From: an uncultured Actinomycetota bacterium
GTDB taxonomy: Bacteria > Actinomycetota > Actinomycetes > JAHEKZ01
Assembly: GCA_963829525.1 (NCBI GenBank)
Contig: CAWHIJ010000003.1
Span: 704,001-768,000 of the forward strand
DNA: 64,000 nt
Direction of reading: 5' to 3'
In this document: positions 53,415-64,000 of the stretch, piece after piece
Layout: each line of letters begins with the position of its first letter
How positions within the stretch are numbered: position 1 is the stretch's first letter
The notes under the pieces: model-generated
The model's input: only the letters and a program-made list of their open reading frames with translations
Told to the model about the DNA's origin: nothing
Databases searched by the model: none
Made by a program: the position numbers and the translations under genes

Positions 53415-55037
53415 GTGGGACATGTCGACGTCAATGGAGTCAGCTTCGTGCTGCCGGATGGCCGCACGCTCTTCGCCAGTGTGTCCTTCCGAGTGGGCGA
53501 CGGAGCCGTTGTCGCCCTGGTTGGCGCGAACGGAGCCGGCAAGACGACCCTGATGCGGATCATTGCGGGTGACATCGACCCTGTCGAGGGTTCGGTGTCG
53601 CGCAGCGGCGGCCTCGGAGTGATGCGTCAGTTCGTCGGCAGTGTGCGCGACGAGTCGACGGTTCGGGACCTGCTGGTTTCGGTGGCACCACCTCGAATTC
53701 GCGAAGCCGCACTCGAGATGGATGCAGCCGAGCTGCAGATGATGCAGCACGACGACGAGAAGACCCAGATGCGCTACGCACAAGCGATCGCCGATTGGGG
53801 CGATGCCCACGGCTACGACGCCGAAGTGATTTGGGATGCCTGCACCATGCAGGCGATTGGTCTTCCTTATGAGCGCGCCCAGTACCGCGAGGTGCGAACG
53901 CTCTCCGGCGGTGAGCAGAAGCGCCTGGCACTCGAAGCCTTGTTGCGCGGGCCAGACGAGGTGCTGCTACTCGACGAACCGGACAACTACCTCGACGTCC
54001 CGGGTAAGCAGTGGCTCGAGGAGCGGCTGGCGTCCACCCAGAAGACAGTGCTGCTGATCTCGCACGACCGTGAGCTCTTGGCTAAAGCAGCGAATCGCAT
54101 CGTCACGATCGAAGGTGGCTCGAGCTGGGTGCATGGTGGCGGGTTCGCGTCCTACCACGAGGTGCGCAGCGACCGGCATGAGCGCCTCGCCGAGCTACTG
54201 CGGCGCTGGGACGAGGAGCATCAACGACTTAAGGACCTGGTGCGCACCCTGCAGCAGCAAGCTGCGATCAGTCCCGACATGGCGTCAAAGTACAAGGCCA
54301 TGCAGACCCGCCTGCGCAAGTACGAGGAGGTTGGTCCACCAGAGGCGCCCCCCGTGGCGCAGAACGTTCGTATGCGGTTGAAGGGAGGACGTACCGGCGT
54401 CCGAGCCGTCACGTGTCAGCAGCTCGAGCTGACCGGCCTCATGCAGCCGTTCGACCTCGAGGTCTTCTACGGCGAGCGGGTCGCGGTGCTCGGGAGCAAC
54501 GGATCGGGAAAGTCACACTTCCTGCGACTGCTGGCATCCGGGGACGCCGAGCATGCCACGGTTGCGCATACCGGCGCGTGGAAGCTGGGTGCGCGAGTCG
54601 TGCCCGGGCACTTCGCCCAGACCCACGACCATGCGGAGTTCATCGGCCGGACGCCCATCGAGCTGTTGTGGCACGAGCACTCCTTGCAGCTCGGCCCGGC
54701 GAAGTCGTCACTACGCCGCTACGAGCTCGAGCACCAGGCCGACCAGCGGTTCGAGACGTTGTCGGGAGGTCAGCAAGCGCGCTTTCAGATCTTGCTCCTC
54801 GAGCTCTCGGGCGTCACGCTGCTCCTCCTCGACGAGCCGACCGACAACCTCGACCTCGCAAGCGCGGAGGCTTTGGAGGAGGGGCTGGAGGCCTTCGACG
54901 GCACCGTGATGAGCGTGACCCACGACCGCTGGTTCGCCAGGTCGTTCGACCGCTATCTGATCTTTGGATCTGACGGTCAGGTCTACGAGGCCTCCGAACC
55001 GGTCTGGGACGAGGCCCGGGTTCAGCGCGCCCGCTAG
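53415..55037 (+). CDS. ABC-F family ATPase
   Basis: Two nucleotide-binding domains (GANGAGKT/LSGGE/LLDEP; GSNGSGKS/LSGGQ/LLDEP), coiled-coil linker, no TM. Confidence 0.92.
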   Translation: MGHVDVNGVSFVLPDGRTLFASVSFRVGDGAVVALVGANGAGKTTLMRIIAGDIDPVEGSVSRSGGLGVMRQFVGSVRDESTVRDLLVSVAPPRIREAALEMDAAELQMMQHDDEKTQMRYAQAIADWGDAHGYDAEVIWDACTMQAIGLPYERAQYREVRTLSGGEQKRLALEALLRGPDEVLLLDEPDNYLDVPGKQWLEERLASTQKTVLLISHDRELLAKAANRIVTIEGGSSWVHGGGFASYHEVRSDRHERLAELLRRWDEEHQRLKDLVRTLQQQAAISPDMASKYKAMQTRLRKYEEVGPPEAPPVAQNVRMRLKGGRTGVRAVTCQQLELTGLMQPFDLEVFYGERVAVLGSNGSGKSHFLRLLASGDAEHATVAHTGAWKLGARVVPGHFAQTHDHAEFIGRTPIELLWHEHSLQLGPAKSSLRRYELEHQADQRFETLSGGQQARFQILLLELSGVTLLLLDEPTDNLDLASAEALEEGLEAFDGTVMSVTHDRWFARSFDRYLIFGSDGQVYEASEPVWDEARVQRAR

Positions 55038-55054
55038 GCGGCGATCGGAGCGTT

Positions 55055-56333
55055 TCAGTCATTCTCACGAGCTGTGACGGTCTCCGAAGTGGCTGAAGCG
55101 CTTCGATCATGTCCCGGGACGCCAGCGAAGGCGATGACGGCGGCGAAGGCCGTCACCACCGTGCCCGCGGTGAAGGTCCAGGTGGGGCTGATGTCGGCGA
55201 GGACGCCGCCGATTGCGGCTCCACCACCGAAGCCCAGCAACAGGAAGGTCGTCGTCCATGCGAACGCGTCCGTGCGGCGTCCCGCCGCCGCTCGGTCACC
55301 GACGACGCCGTAGCCGGCGGCCAGCGAGGGCGCCAGTGCCAGACCTGACAGGAAAAGCGTGAACCCGAGCCACCCGAGTCCGAAGTGCCATCCCACCATG
55401 ATCGTTGCCGTTCCGAGAGTGACCCCTGCCAGCAGCCACGGCCAGCGTTCGGCCGGCCCCCTTCGCCAGTGCACCCGAGACGCCGTCAGGCCGCCGACCA
55501 GCGAGCCCACACTCCACAGCGCGAGCAGCCACCCGCTCGCCGCACGGTTCTGCTCCAAGATCGCCACAGCTGGGACGCCGACCTCCACCAAGCCGAGTCC
55601 CAGTGCCATGACACAGAGAGCTGCGTAGGGACCGGCTAGTCCCAGCAGCGCGGTACCGAGCGGAACACGGGACGCCGGAGCCGGGTGCGGCTGCCACAGG
55701 GGCCGGACCACCCACGCAAAGACAAGACCTCCCAGCGCGCCACAGGTGGCTGCAGCGAGTAGCGCGGCGTCCGGACCGGACAACGCAACCAGGACGCCGA
55801 CCAGGGCCGGCCCGGCGATGAACACCATCTCTTGCCAGGTGGCGTCCAGTGCGTACAGCGCATCCAGGTCGCGCTGGTCCCGGGCTAGCTGCGGCCACAG
55901 CGTCCGCGAGATCGGGGAGGTGGGAGCCGCGAGTAGGCCCGCCGGCCGCAGCGAGCACCACGAGGGCGGTCTCGGCCTCCCACGGGCCAAACGCCAGCAC
56001 CAGAAGGAGCAGCCCCTGAGCCAGGGCAGTGACGGCCTCGACGCGGTGAGCGCGGCCGCGTCCGGCAAACCCGCCCCACAGCGGCTGGCTGACGGCTGAG
56101 CCGATTGCCCAGGCGCCGCCGGCGAGCCCGGCTGCGGCGATCGATCCCGTGCGTTCCTGGGCTAGGAGGACGACCGCCAGGGGCGCCAGCCCCTGAGGCA
56201 TCCTGGCCACGATGGAGAGCACCAGCACGAGCCGGCTGGTGCGGTGCCCTCCGGCGGTCGGACCCGAGCTGGGGTCCGGCTCTGGATGTGGCCCAACAGG
56301 GGGCTGGGCCGACGAGGCATCCGGGGCGGTCAT
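55055..56333 (-). CDS. MFS transporter, frameshift near 55942
   Basis: ARMPQGLAPLA..LAQERTGSIAAAG in one frame continues as YALDATWQEMVFIAGPAL in another; removing one base rejoins them. Confidence 0.8.
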
Positions 56334-56581
56334 CCAGCCAGCCTAGGAAGGCGGTCGATCTTGGGTGCGACGGGCTGGCGCCGGTACCCGGTTTTGACCG
56401 TCTACCCCGGGCACAGGTAACCTAAAGGGCTGTTGCGCCTTGTATCTGTCGGGGTCGCTGGTCGGCCGCAGATCGTTGGCGCCGGAAGCTCCGCGCGGAA
56501 CGCCCTGCTTGTTGATGCAAATCGATGCAGAGCCTGATGCAGAGTGCTCTTGACCCGACTCGACTCACGAAGGTTGTGCCC

Positions 56582-57025
56582 GTGCGCACGTACAGCCCCA
56601 AGCCCGACGACGTCCAGCGTCAGTGGTTTGTCATCGACGCCGAGGATGTCGTCCTCGGACGTCTCGCGTCGCAGGTCGCCCAGCTGCTGCGCGGCAAGCA
56701 CAAACCCGTCTTCGCCCCGCATGTCGACACCGGTGACTTCGTGGTCGTCATCAACGCTGAGAAGATCGCCCTGACCGGCGCCAAGCGGGAGCAGAAACTG
56801 GCGTATCACCACTCGGGCTACCCCGGTGGCCTGCGTGCCACCGGATATGAAGAGCTGCTTTCCAAGAACCCCCGCAAGGCCGTTGAGAAGGCCGTCTGGG
56901 GCATGCTCCCCAAGAACCGCATTGCCCGGCAACAGCTCAAGAAACTGAAGGTGTATGCCGGCTCAGAGCACCCGCACCAGGCACAGCAGCCCGTGCCGTT
57001 CGAGATCACCCAGGTCGCGCAGTAG
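56582..57025 (+). CDS. rplM: 50S ribosomal protein L13
   Basis: LGRLAS, LRGKHKP, HSGYPGG, GMLPKN; TTGACC-N18-TAACCT promoter at 56394-56423. Confidence 0.98.
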   Translation: MRTYSPKPDDVQRQWFVIDAEDVVLGRLASQVAQLLRGKHKPVFAPHVDTGDFVVVINAEKIALTGAKREQKLAYHHSGYPGGLRATGYEELLSKNPRKAVEKAVWGMLPKNRIARQQLKKLKVYAGSEHPHQAQQPVPFEITQVAQ

Positions 57026-57062
57026 CGCAGCCCGAAGGCCTAGAGAAGGTATCGAGAGGACC

Positions 57063-57599
57063 ATGTCCGACGTGACTGTCACCACTGACACCGCCCCTGA
57101 CGAGGCAACTGCCCCCGAGGTGGATGCCGCTGGCCCCGAGGCCGAAGGCACCCCCAGCGGAGATTTCACCAGCGAGACGGCAGCTGTTGTCGCCCCGCGG
57201 GAGATTTCCGACGCACCGGGTGCGGCGACTGGCCGTCGCAAAGAGGCGATCGCCCGCGTGCGCATCACTCCGGGTACGGGACAGTGCACCGTCAACGGCA
57301 AGACCCTCGAAGACTTCTTCCCCAACAAGGTGCATCAGCAGGTGGTCAACGACCCGTTCCGCGTGCTTTCGGTGGAGGGACGCTACGACGTCATCGCACG
57401 CGTTCACGGCGGCGGCGTTTCTGGCCAAGCCGGCGCCATCCGCCTCGGCATCTCGCGTGCATTGAGCGAGATTGACACAGAGGGCAACCGCCCCACGCTG
57501 AAGAAGGCCGGCTACCTGACACGTGACCCACGTGCCAAGGAGCGTCGCAAGGCTGGACTCAAGAAGGCCCGCAAGGCTCCGCAGTACAGCAAGCGCTGA
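57063..57599 (+). CDS. rpsI: 30S ribosomal protein S9 with acidic N-terminal extension
   Basis: [31 protein letters not shown]. Confidence 0.98.
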   Translation: MSDVTVTTDTAPDEATAPEVDAAGPEAEGTPSGDFTSETAAVVAPREISDAPGAATGRRKEAIARVRITPGTGQCTVNGKTLEDFFPNKVHQQVVNDPFRVLSVEGRYDVIARVHGGGVSGQAGAIRLGISRALSEIDTEGNRPTLKKAGYLTRDPRAKERRKAGLKKARKAPQYSKR

Positions 57600-57681
57600 C
57601 GGGCTCTGCCCGCGTTACCTCGCTCTGCCTCGTCGGCCCCATCGGCCCCCGGCTTGCGGGGCGCGCGCATGAGGAGGTGCT

Positions 57682-59025
57682 GTGACTCGGCTCTTCGGAA
57701 CCGATGGCGTCCGTGGCCTCGCCAACCGTGACCTCACCGCGGAGCTAGCGGTCGACCTCAGCGTTGCCGCCGCTCACGTGCTTGGTGAGACGGGGGCTTT
57801 CGCGGGTCATCGTCCCGTGGCCGTTGTGGGGCGCGATCCGCGTGCATCCGGTGAGTTCCTGGAGGCAGCCGTGGTCGCAGGACTGGCCAGCGCAGGCGTG
57901 AATGTGCGTCGGGTCGGAATCCTCCCCACCCCCGGAGTTGCCCACCTGACGGCGGTTCGCGGGGCGGACCTTGGCGTGATGCTTTCGGCATCGCACAACG
58001 CGATGCCCGACAACGGGATCAAGTTCTTCGCCAGGGGCGGACACAAGCTCGGCGATGTCATCGAGGACGCCGTCGAGTCACGTCTTGGTGAGCCATGGGA
58101 CCGACCGACCGGCGCTGACGTAGGTCGCGTCACCGATGACTCGCAGGCGTCCGACGACTACGTCACCCATCTGCTTGCGACGCTCGGCGGACAGCGTCTC
58201 GACGGCGTCCGTATCGTGGTCGACTGCGCTAACGGGGCGGCTTCTTTTGTGGCAGCGACGGCGTTCGCCGGGGCTGGCGCCGATGTCATCACAATCCATG
58301 ATGACCCCGACGGGTTGAACATCAATGTGGCGTGTGGGTCCACACACCTTGAGTCCCTTCAAGCTGCCGTTGTCGAACACGATGCCGATCTCGGAGTTGC
58401 TCTCGATGGTGATGCCGACCGATGCCTCGCAGTCGATGCTGCCGGCCAACTTGTCGATGGCGACCAGATCCTGGCGATCCTGACGTTGGCCATGCGGGCG
58501 TCCGGCCACCTGGCCCACGACACTGTTGTTTCGACGGTTATGTCCAACCTCGGGTTCCGTCAGGCGATGCAGCGCGAGGGCGTCGCCGTCGTCGCCACCG
58601 CAGTGGGGGACCGGTATGTGCTCGAGGCAATGCGATCGTTCGGGTACACGCTCGGTGGTGAGCAGTCTGGTCACTTGATCATGTCTGAGTTCGCTACGAC
58701 TGGCGATGGCCTGCTCACCGCACTCCACCTTGCCGCTCAGGTGACGGCATCCGGGCAGTCCCTCGCCGACCTCGGCGATGTGATGCAGCGGTTCCCGCAG
58801 GTCTTGGTCAACGTTGCTGATGTCGACCGACTTCGCGTCGATGCGCCGGCCATCGCTGCCGCGGTTGCCGAGGAGCAACGTGCCTTGGGCAATCAAGGAC
58901 GTGTACTTCTCCGTCCCAGCGGAACCGAGCCTCTTGTACGCGTGATGGTTGAAGCTGACTCTGCAGAGCGGGCCAGCGAGGTTGCTGATCGGCTCGCTGC
59001 CGTCGTGCGAGCAACAATCGGCTAA
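57682..59025 (+). CDS. glmM: Phosphoglucosamine mutase
   Basis: [33 protein letters not shown]. Confidence 0.97.
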   Translation: MTRLFGTDGVRGLANRDLTAELAVDLSVAAAHVLGETGAFAGHRPVAVVGRDPRASGEFLEAAVVAGLASAGVNVRRVGILPTPGVAHLTAVRGADLGVMLSASHNAMPDNGIKFFARGGHKLGDVIEDAVESRLGEPWDRPTGADVGRVTDDSQASDDYVTHLLATLGGQRLDGVRIVVDCANGAASFVAATAFAGAGADVITIHDDPDGLNINVACGSTHLESLQAAVVEHDADLGVALDGDADRCLAVDAAGQLVDGDQILAILTLAMRASGHLAHDTVVSTVMSNLGFRQAMQREGVAVVATAVGDRYVLEAMRSFGYTLGGEQSGHLIMSEFATTGDGLLTALHLAAQVTASGQSLADLGDVMQRFPQVLVNVADVDRLRVDAPAIAAAVAEEQRALGNQGRVLLRPSGTEPLVRVMVEADSAERASEVADRLAAVVRATIG

Positions 59026-59084
59026 TCGGCCTCGGCTGGTCTGAACGGCGCTGCCCCCTGGTAGCAGAACGTAAGGTGTAACCC

Positions 59085-60923
59085 ATGTGCGGAATCGTCG
59101 GGTACGTCGGTCAGCAAAATGCTGTTGATGTCGTGATCGAAGGGCTCCGGCGGTTGGAGTACCGCGGCTATGACAGTGCCGGTGTTGCGGTGGTCTCGGC
59201 CGACAAGGTGCAGGTGCGGCGACGTGCCGGCAAACTCGCCAATCTTGAGAAGCTGTTGGCCGAGCAGCCGCTACCGGCGGCCACTTTCGGTATGGGCCAT
59301 ACGCGGTGGGCGACTCATGGTGCGCCGACCGACCGAAATGCGCATCCACACCTCGATGAGGCGTCGCAGGTAGCAGTCGTTCACAACGGCATCATCGAAA
59401 ACTTTGCCATGCTCCGCGCCCAGCTTGAACGAGATGGTGTGGTCATGGCGTCCGACACTGACACCGAGGTTGTCTCACACCTGCTGGCACAGGCCTTCGA
59501 TGGAGACCTCGCGGAGGCCATGCGTGCGGTCTGCCGCCGATTGGAGGGGGCATTCACCCTCGTTGCGATTCATGCTGACCAGCCAGACGTCGTTGTCGGA
59601 GCACGTCGCAACTCCCCACTGGTGGTTGGTCGGGGAGATGGGGAGAACTTTCTCGGTAGCGATGTCTCGGCGTTCATTGCGCACACTCGACATGCCGTTG
59701 AGCTGGGGCAGGATCAAGTCGTCGAGATCACTGCCGACCGCATCACCGTGACCACCTTCGACGGCCAGCCCGCCGAGGTCAAGGAGTACGAGGTCGACTG
59801 GGATGCCTCGGCTGCTGAGAAGGGTGGTTACGACTACTTCATGCTCAAGGAGATCCACGAGCAGCCGAAGGCAGTGGCGGACACACTTCTGGGAAGGGTC
59901 GATGACGAAGGTCATCTACAGCTGGATGAGATGCGGTTGTCCGACGAAGATCTGCGGGACGTCGACAAGATCGTCATCATTGGCTGCGGCACGTCGTACA
60001 ACTCGGGGCTGATCGCCAAATACTCGATCGAGCACTGGTCGCGGATCCCCGTTGAGGTCGAGGTGGCTTCGGAGTTTCGTTACCGTGACCCGATCCTCAG
60101 TCAGCGGACACTCGTGATCGCTATCTCGCAGTCCGGTGAGTCGATGGACACATTGATGGCTATTCGGCACGCCCGCGAACAGGGCTCACGGGTGCTGGCG
60201 ATCTGCAACGTCAACGGGTCAACGATTCCGCGCGAGTCAGATGCGGTCGTCTACACCTATGCCGGGCCAGAGATCGCTGTCGCCTCGACCAAGGCGTTCC
60301 TCACCCAGATCGTCGCGGTGAACCTGGTGGCGCTCTACCTCGCTCAAGTTCGCGGTACCAAGTGGGGTGACGAGATCATCCGGCACGTCGAAGAGCTCGC
60401 TTCGATGCCTGCCGCCGTTGAGCGCGTCCTTGACACCGTCGAGCCAATGCGTGCTTTGGCCCGCGAGTTGGTGAACGCCAAGGCGGTTCTCTTCCTCGGG
60501 CGGCACGTCGGATATCCGGTGGCTCTCGAAGGTGCCCTCAAACTCAAGGAGCTTGCCTACATGCACGCCGAAGGCTTTCCGGCCGGTGAGCTCAAGCACG
60601 GACCGATCGCGTTGATCGAGCAAGATCTCCCAGTCGTGGTCATCGTTCCACCGCGAAGCCGCAAGGTGCTGCACGACAAGATCGTCAGCAACATCCAGGA
60701 GATCCGGGCCAGAGGGGCGCGCACAATCGTCATCGCTGAAGAGGGCGACGACACCGTGGCCCAATACGCTGACACCCTCATTCGAGTGCCCGCCGTTCCG
60801 ACCTTGCTGCAGCCAATTGTTGCCACCGTTCCACTCCAGGTCTTCGCCTGCGAGCTAGCCAGCGCCAAAGGCTACGACGTGGACCAGCCACGGAACTTGG
60901 CGAAGTCCGTCACAGTGGAGTGA
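59085..60923 (+). CDS. glmS: Glutamine--fructose-6-phosphate transaminase
   Basis: MCGIVG, GHTRWATHG, SQSGES, PRNLAKSVTVE. Confidence 0.98.
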   Translation: MCGIVGYVGQQNAVDVVIEGLRRLEYRGYDSAGVAVVSADKVQVRRRAGKLANLEKLLAEQPLPAATFGMGHTRWATHGAPTDRNAHPHLDEASQVAVVHNGIIENFAMLRAQLERDGVVMASDTDTEVVSHLLAQAFDGDLAEAMRAVCRRLEGAFTLVAIHADQPDVVVGARRNSPLVVGRGDGENFLGSDVSAFIAHTRHAVELGQDQVVEITADRITVTTFDGQPAEVKEYEVDWDASAAEKGGYDYFMLKEIHEQPKAVADTLLGRVDDEGHLQLDEMRLSDEDLRDVDKIVIIGCGTSYNSGLIAKYSIEHWSRIPVEVEVASEFRYRDPILSQRTLVIAISQSGESMDTLMAIRHAREQGSRVLAICNVNGSTIPRESDAVVYTYAGPEIAVASTKAFLTQIVAVNLVALYLAQVRGTKWGDEIIRHVEELASMPAAVERVLDTVEPMRALARELVNAKAVLFLGRHVGYPVALEGALKLKELAYMHAEGFPAGELKHGPIALIEQDLPVVVIVPPRSRKVLHDKIVSNIQEIRARGARTIVIAEEGDDTVAQYADTLIRVPAVPTLLQPIVATVPLQVFACELASAKGYDVDQPRNLAKSVTVE

Positions 60924-60969
60924 CGTAGTGACCCTGGCCCGGGGAGTCGTGTAGTGACACACTGGTGCT

Positions 60970-61320
60970 GTGATCGTTGGAATCGGCATTGACGTCGTAG
61001 ATGTGGCGCGGTTCGGGCAGACGCTCGAGCGCACACCCGCGCTGCGAGACCGGCTCTTCACGCCCGAAGAGGCAGCGCTGCCCTTGGCCTCGCTTGCTGC
61101 CCGATTTGCCGCCAAAGAAGCCCTTGCCAAGGCGCTGGGTGCGCCAGCAGGTCTCCAGTGGCACGACTGCGAGGTGGTCAAGGACTCCGACGGTCGCCCA
61201 GCCTTCGAGCTGTCTGGCACGGTGCACACCCGCGCAATCGCCCTGCGGGCGCACACCATCCACCTCTCGCTCAGCCACGACGCTGGAATCGCCTCTGCGA
61301 TGGTCGTGGCTGAGGCTTAG
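60970..61320 (+). CDS. acpS: Holo-ACP synthase
   Basis: [22 protein letters not shown]. Confidence 0.95.
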   Translation: MIVGIGIDVVDVARFGQTLERTPALRDRLFTPEEAALPLASLAARFAAKEALAKALGAPAGLQWHDCEVVKDSDGRPAFELSGTVHTRAIALRAHTIHLSLSHDAGIASAMVVAEA

Positions 61321-61329
61321 GGGGACGCC

Positions 61330-62781
61330 ATGCACGCTGTGCACACCGCCGAGGAGGTGCGAGCAGCCGAGGAGTCGGTGCTTGCCCGAACTGCTGAGGG
61401 CGAGCTGATGCAGCGAGCTGCAACGGGCCTTTCAAGAACCTGTGCCCAGGTGATCGGCGCTCATCGCGGTGGGGTCTACGGCGCGCAAGTTGTCGTGCTG
61501 GCCGGCACCGGAAACAACGGGGGAGATGCGCTCTTCGCCGGTGCGGCACTGGCCAAGCGGGGTGCACAGGTCGTCGTTGTCCCGACGGGCTCGCGCATAC
61601 ATGAGGCTGGCGTGGGCGCTGTGCTTCGAGCAGGAGGCCGAGTCACCGAACTGCCCGAGGCCGCTGGTGCCATCGGGGCCGCAGACCTCGTGGTCGACGG
61701 GATCTTGGGTATCGGTGGGAAGGGTGGGCTCCGTGAGCCTGCAGCGACCCTCGCTGACCTGGCCACCTCCAGTGATGCCATCGTCATTGCCGTCGACCTA
61801 CCGTCCGGCGTTGATGCCGATACCGGGGTCGCTGATGACGGAGCTATATGGGCAGACGTCACCGTGACCTTTGGTCTGATGAAGCCGGGCCTTCTCCTTG
61901 CGCCCGGCTCGATGCACGTCGGACTGTTGGAGCTGGTCGACATTGGCCTTGGCAGTGATGTCGTCGTGCCGTCCATCACCAGCCTCGAGGCCTGGGACGT
62001 CGCTGGCATTGTGCCGCGACCAGGCCCGCTCGACCACAAGTACTCGCAGGGCGTAGCAGGCGTTGTCGCGGGCTCAGATCGCTACCCCGGCGCCGCCGTG
62101 CTGGCCGTGTCTGGGGCGCTTCATGTCAAGGCTGGGCTGGTCCGCTATGTCGGCAGTGCAGCGCCGAACGTGGTGAATGCTTGGCCTTCGGCCATCGTCT
62201 CGACCGGCTCGATCGCCGATGCGGGTCATGTTCAGGCGTGGGGGGTCGGCCCCGGCCTTGGCGTCGACGACCGTGCACGGCAGCAGCTCGCAGAGGTTCT
62301 GGCCGAACCGATACCCGTTGTCATCGATGCTGACGGTCTGACGATGCTGGCCGAGGCCCCGGACCTGCTGCGTGCACGCAGGGCGCCGACGGTTCTGACG
62401 CCGCACGTGCGCGAGTTCGCCAGGCTCGCCCCCGAGCTGGACGTCGACGAGGACCCGATCACCGCGGTGCGAACCCTCGCGGCGCGCCTCCACAGCACGG
62501 TGCTGCTCAAAGGAGCGACGACCGTCGTTGCTGATGCCGATGGGCAGGTGCGCCTGAACCTCACCGGAACGCCTTGGCTGGCCAGCGGTGGGACCGGCGA
62601 TGTCCTTACTGGGATGATTGCCGGGCTGCTGGCGGCGGGGATACCCACCCTCGATGCGGCGTCCTGTGCGGCATTTCTGCACGGGCTGGCGGGTCGACTG
62701 GCTGCCGACGATGCACCGACGACCGCAGTGTCGGTTGCCGCTGCCCTGCCCGACGCAATTCGAGCCGTCACGCGTCCCTGA
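61330..62781 (+). CDS. nnr: Bifunctional NAD(P)H-hydrate epimerase/dehydratase
   Basis: GTGNNGGD, VDLPSG, VIDADG, LTPHVREF, GGTGDVLTG. Confidence 0.93.
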   Translation: MHAVHTAEEVRAAEESVLARTAEGELMQRAATGLSRTCAQVIGAHRGGVYGAQVVVLAGTGNNGGDALFAGAALAKRGAQVVVVPTGSRIHEAGVGAVLRAGGRVTELPEAAGAIGAADLVVDGILGIGGKGGLREPAATLADLATSSDAIVIAVDLPSGVDADTGVADDGAIWADVTVTFGLMKPGLLLAPGSMHVGLLELVDIGLGSDVVVPSITSLEAWDVAGIVPRPGPLDHKYSQGVAGVVAGSDRYPGAAVLAVSGALHVKAGLVRYVGSAAPNVVNAWPSAIVSTGSIADAGHVQAWGVGPGLGVDDRARQQLAEVLAEPIPVVIDADGLTMLAEAPDLLRARRAPTVLTPHVREFARLAPELDVDEDPITAVRTLAARLHSTVLLKGATTVVADADGQVRLNLTGTPWLASGGTGDVLTGMIAGLLAAGIPTLDAASCAAFLHGLAGRLAADDAPTTAVSVAAALPDAIRAVTRP

Positions 62782-62816
62782 ATGGGCACTGCACGTGTCG
62801 GTGGGAGGATGGAAAA

Positions 62817-63953
62817 GTGTCCGGCCACCTCCGCGAGCTGATCGTCGATCTCGATGCGATCACCGCCAACACCCAGGTCCTGGTGAGCCGATCTGGCTCG
62901 GCGGGGGTGATGGCCGTTGTCAAGGCTGATGCCTACGGGCACGGGCTCGTTCCGTCGGCGCGGGCGGCCATCGCTGGTGGGGCGCAGTGGCTCGGGGTTG
63001 CGCTGTTGGATGAGGCGCTGGCTCTTCGCGCCGGCGGCATCGAAGACCCCGTGCTGGCGTGGTTGGTCGGTCGTGGGGAACCCTGGGCAGAGGCACTCAC
63101 AAGGAGTATCGACCTCTCGGTCTCTGACGTGTGGGTACTCGATGACATCACAGCCGCGGCTCGCGAGCTCGGTCGCGTGGCTCGGGTCCACCTGAAGGTC
63201 GACTCCGGCCTCGGAAGGTCCGGAGCCCCGGTCGGTGACTGGCCGGCGCTGGTCGAAGCGGCCCGGAAGGCCGAACTCGACGGCATCATTGTCGTGGTGG
63301 GAGTGTGGTCGCACCTGGCCTACGCCGATGCACCGGGACACCCCACGATCGACCGCCAGCTCGAGGTCTTCCAGAACGCGGTGGACATCGCCGAAAGGGC
63401 GGGTCTGCAGCCAGAGGTCCGCCACCTCGCCAATTCTGCGGCGACGCTGACACGTCCAGATACGCACTTCGACCTGACCCGTCCTGGGCTGGCGGTCTAT
63501 GGGCTCTCACCGCTGCGAGATGCGCCAGCTGCCTCGCTCGGATTGCTCCCTGCCATGTCCTTGCAGGCGCGCCTGACTTTGGTCAAGAGGGTGCCAGCCG
63601 GACACGGGGTCTCCTACATGCACCGCTACGTGACCAACCGTGAGACGACCCTCGGCCTGGTCCCGCTCGGTTACGCCGATGGTGTTCCGCGGAATTCCAC
63701 CAACGTCGGGCCGGTGCAGGTAGGGGGGCGGCGACGCACCATCGCAGGTGTGGTCTGCATGGACCAGTTCGTCGTCGACCTCGGCGACGACCCGCTGGCA
63801 ATCGGTGATGTCGTATCCCTTTTCGGCCCAGGCAGCTCCGGCGAGCCAACCGCCCAGGACTGGGCAGACGCCACCGGCACGATTTCCTACGAGATCGTCA
63901 CGCGCATGGGCCCACGCATCGCTCGTCGATACCTTGGGGGTGCGGAGTCATGA
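62817..63953 (+). CDS. alr: Alanine racemase
   Basis: AVVKADAYGHG, HLKVDSGLGR, HLANSA, GYADG, CMDQ, TISYE. Confidence 0.97.
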   Translation: MSGHLRELIVDLDAITANTQVLVSRSGSAGVMAVVKADAYGHGLVPSARAAIAGGAQWLGVALLDEALALRAGGIEDPVLAWLVGRGEPWAEALTRSIDLSVSDVWVLDDITAAARELGRVARVHLKVDSGLGRSGAPVGDWPALVEAARKAELDGIIVVVGVWSHLAYADAPGHPTIDRQLEVFQNAVDIAERAGLQPEVRHLANSAATLTRPDTHFDLTRPGLAVYGLSPLRDAPAASLGLLPAMSLQARLTLVKRVPAGHGVSYMHRYVTNRETTLGLVPLGYADGVPRNSTNVGPVQVGGRRRTIAGVVCMDQFVVDLGDDPLAIGDVVSLFGPGSSGEPTAQDWADATGTISYEIVTRMGPRIARRYLGGAES

Positions 63954-64000
63954 ACCCTGCTCGTCGTGCAGGTCTGGCCGGCGCCGCGCTCGTTGCCGCA
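63950..64000 (+). CDS. Start of next gene (partial), by synteny probably an alpha/beta hydrolase
   Basis: ATGA overlap with the alr stop; MNPARRAGLAGAALVAA; product inferred from synteny only. Confidence 0.4.
   Translation, partial: MNPARRAGLAGAALVAA

Overview
High-GC actinobacterial (Actinomycetota) chromosomal window carrying the core transcription/translation cluster: tRNA-Tyr/Thr/Met, rpmG, tRNA-Trp-secE-nusG-rplKA-rplJL, rpoBC, the str, S10, spc and alpha operons, truA, rplM-rpsI and glmM-glmS-acpS-nnr-alr. Several accessory genes sit between the core genes. (1) A four-gene sulfur operon (SQR-like flavoprotein, DUF1641, TusE/DsrC-like, DsrE-like) has a promoter with two DosR/DevR-like boxes, one physically overlapping a CsoR/CstR-type operator, suggesting hypoxia-AND-persulfide control. 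This is the best candidate for an undescribed system. (2) A candidate 6C-like sRNA with C-rich loops lies just downstream of that operon on the minus strand. (3) An apparently leaderless small gene between tRNAs encodes 23 consecutive Ser-X-X triads plus a membrane anchor. (4) A TauE sulfite exporter with two Rrf2-like operators is inserted between map and infA. (5) An ECF sigma/anti-sigma/secreted-protein module follows truA. Single-base indels in short homopolymers break four genes, including nusG, and most likely reflect sequencing or assembly error. No CRISPR array, integrase or transposase was seen. All family assignments come from motif recognition, not from database searches.
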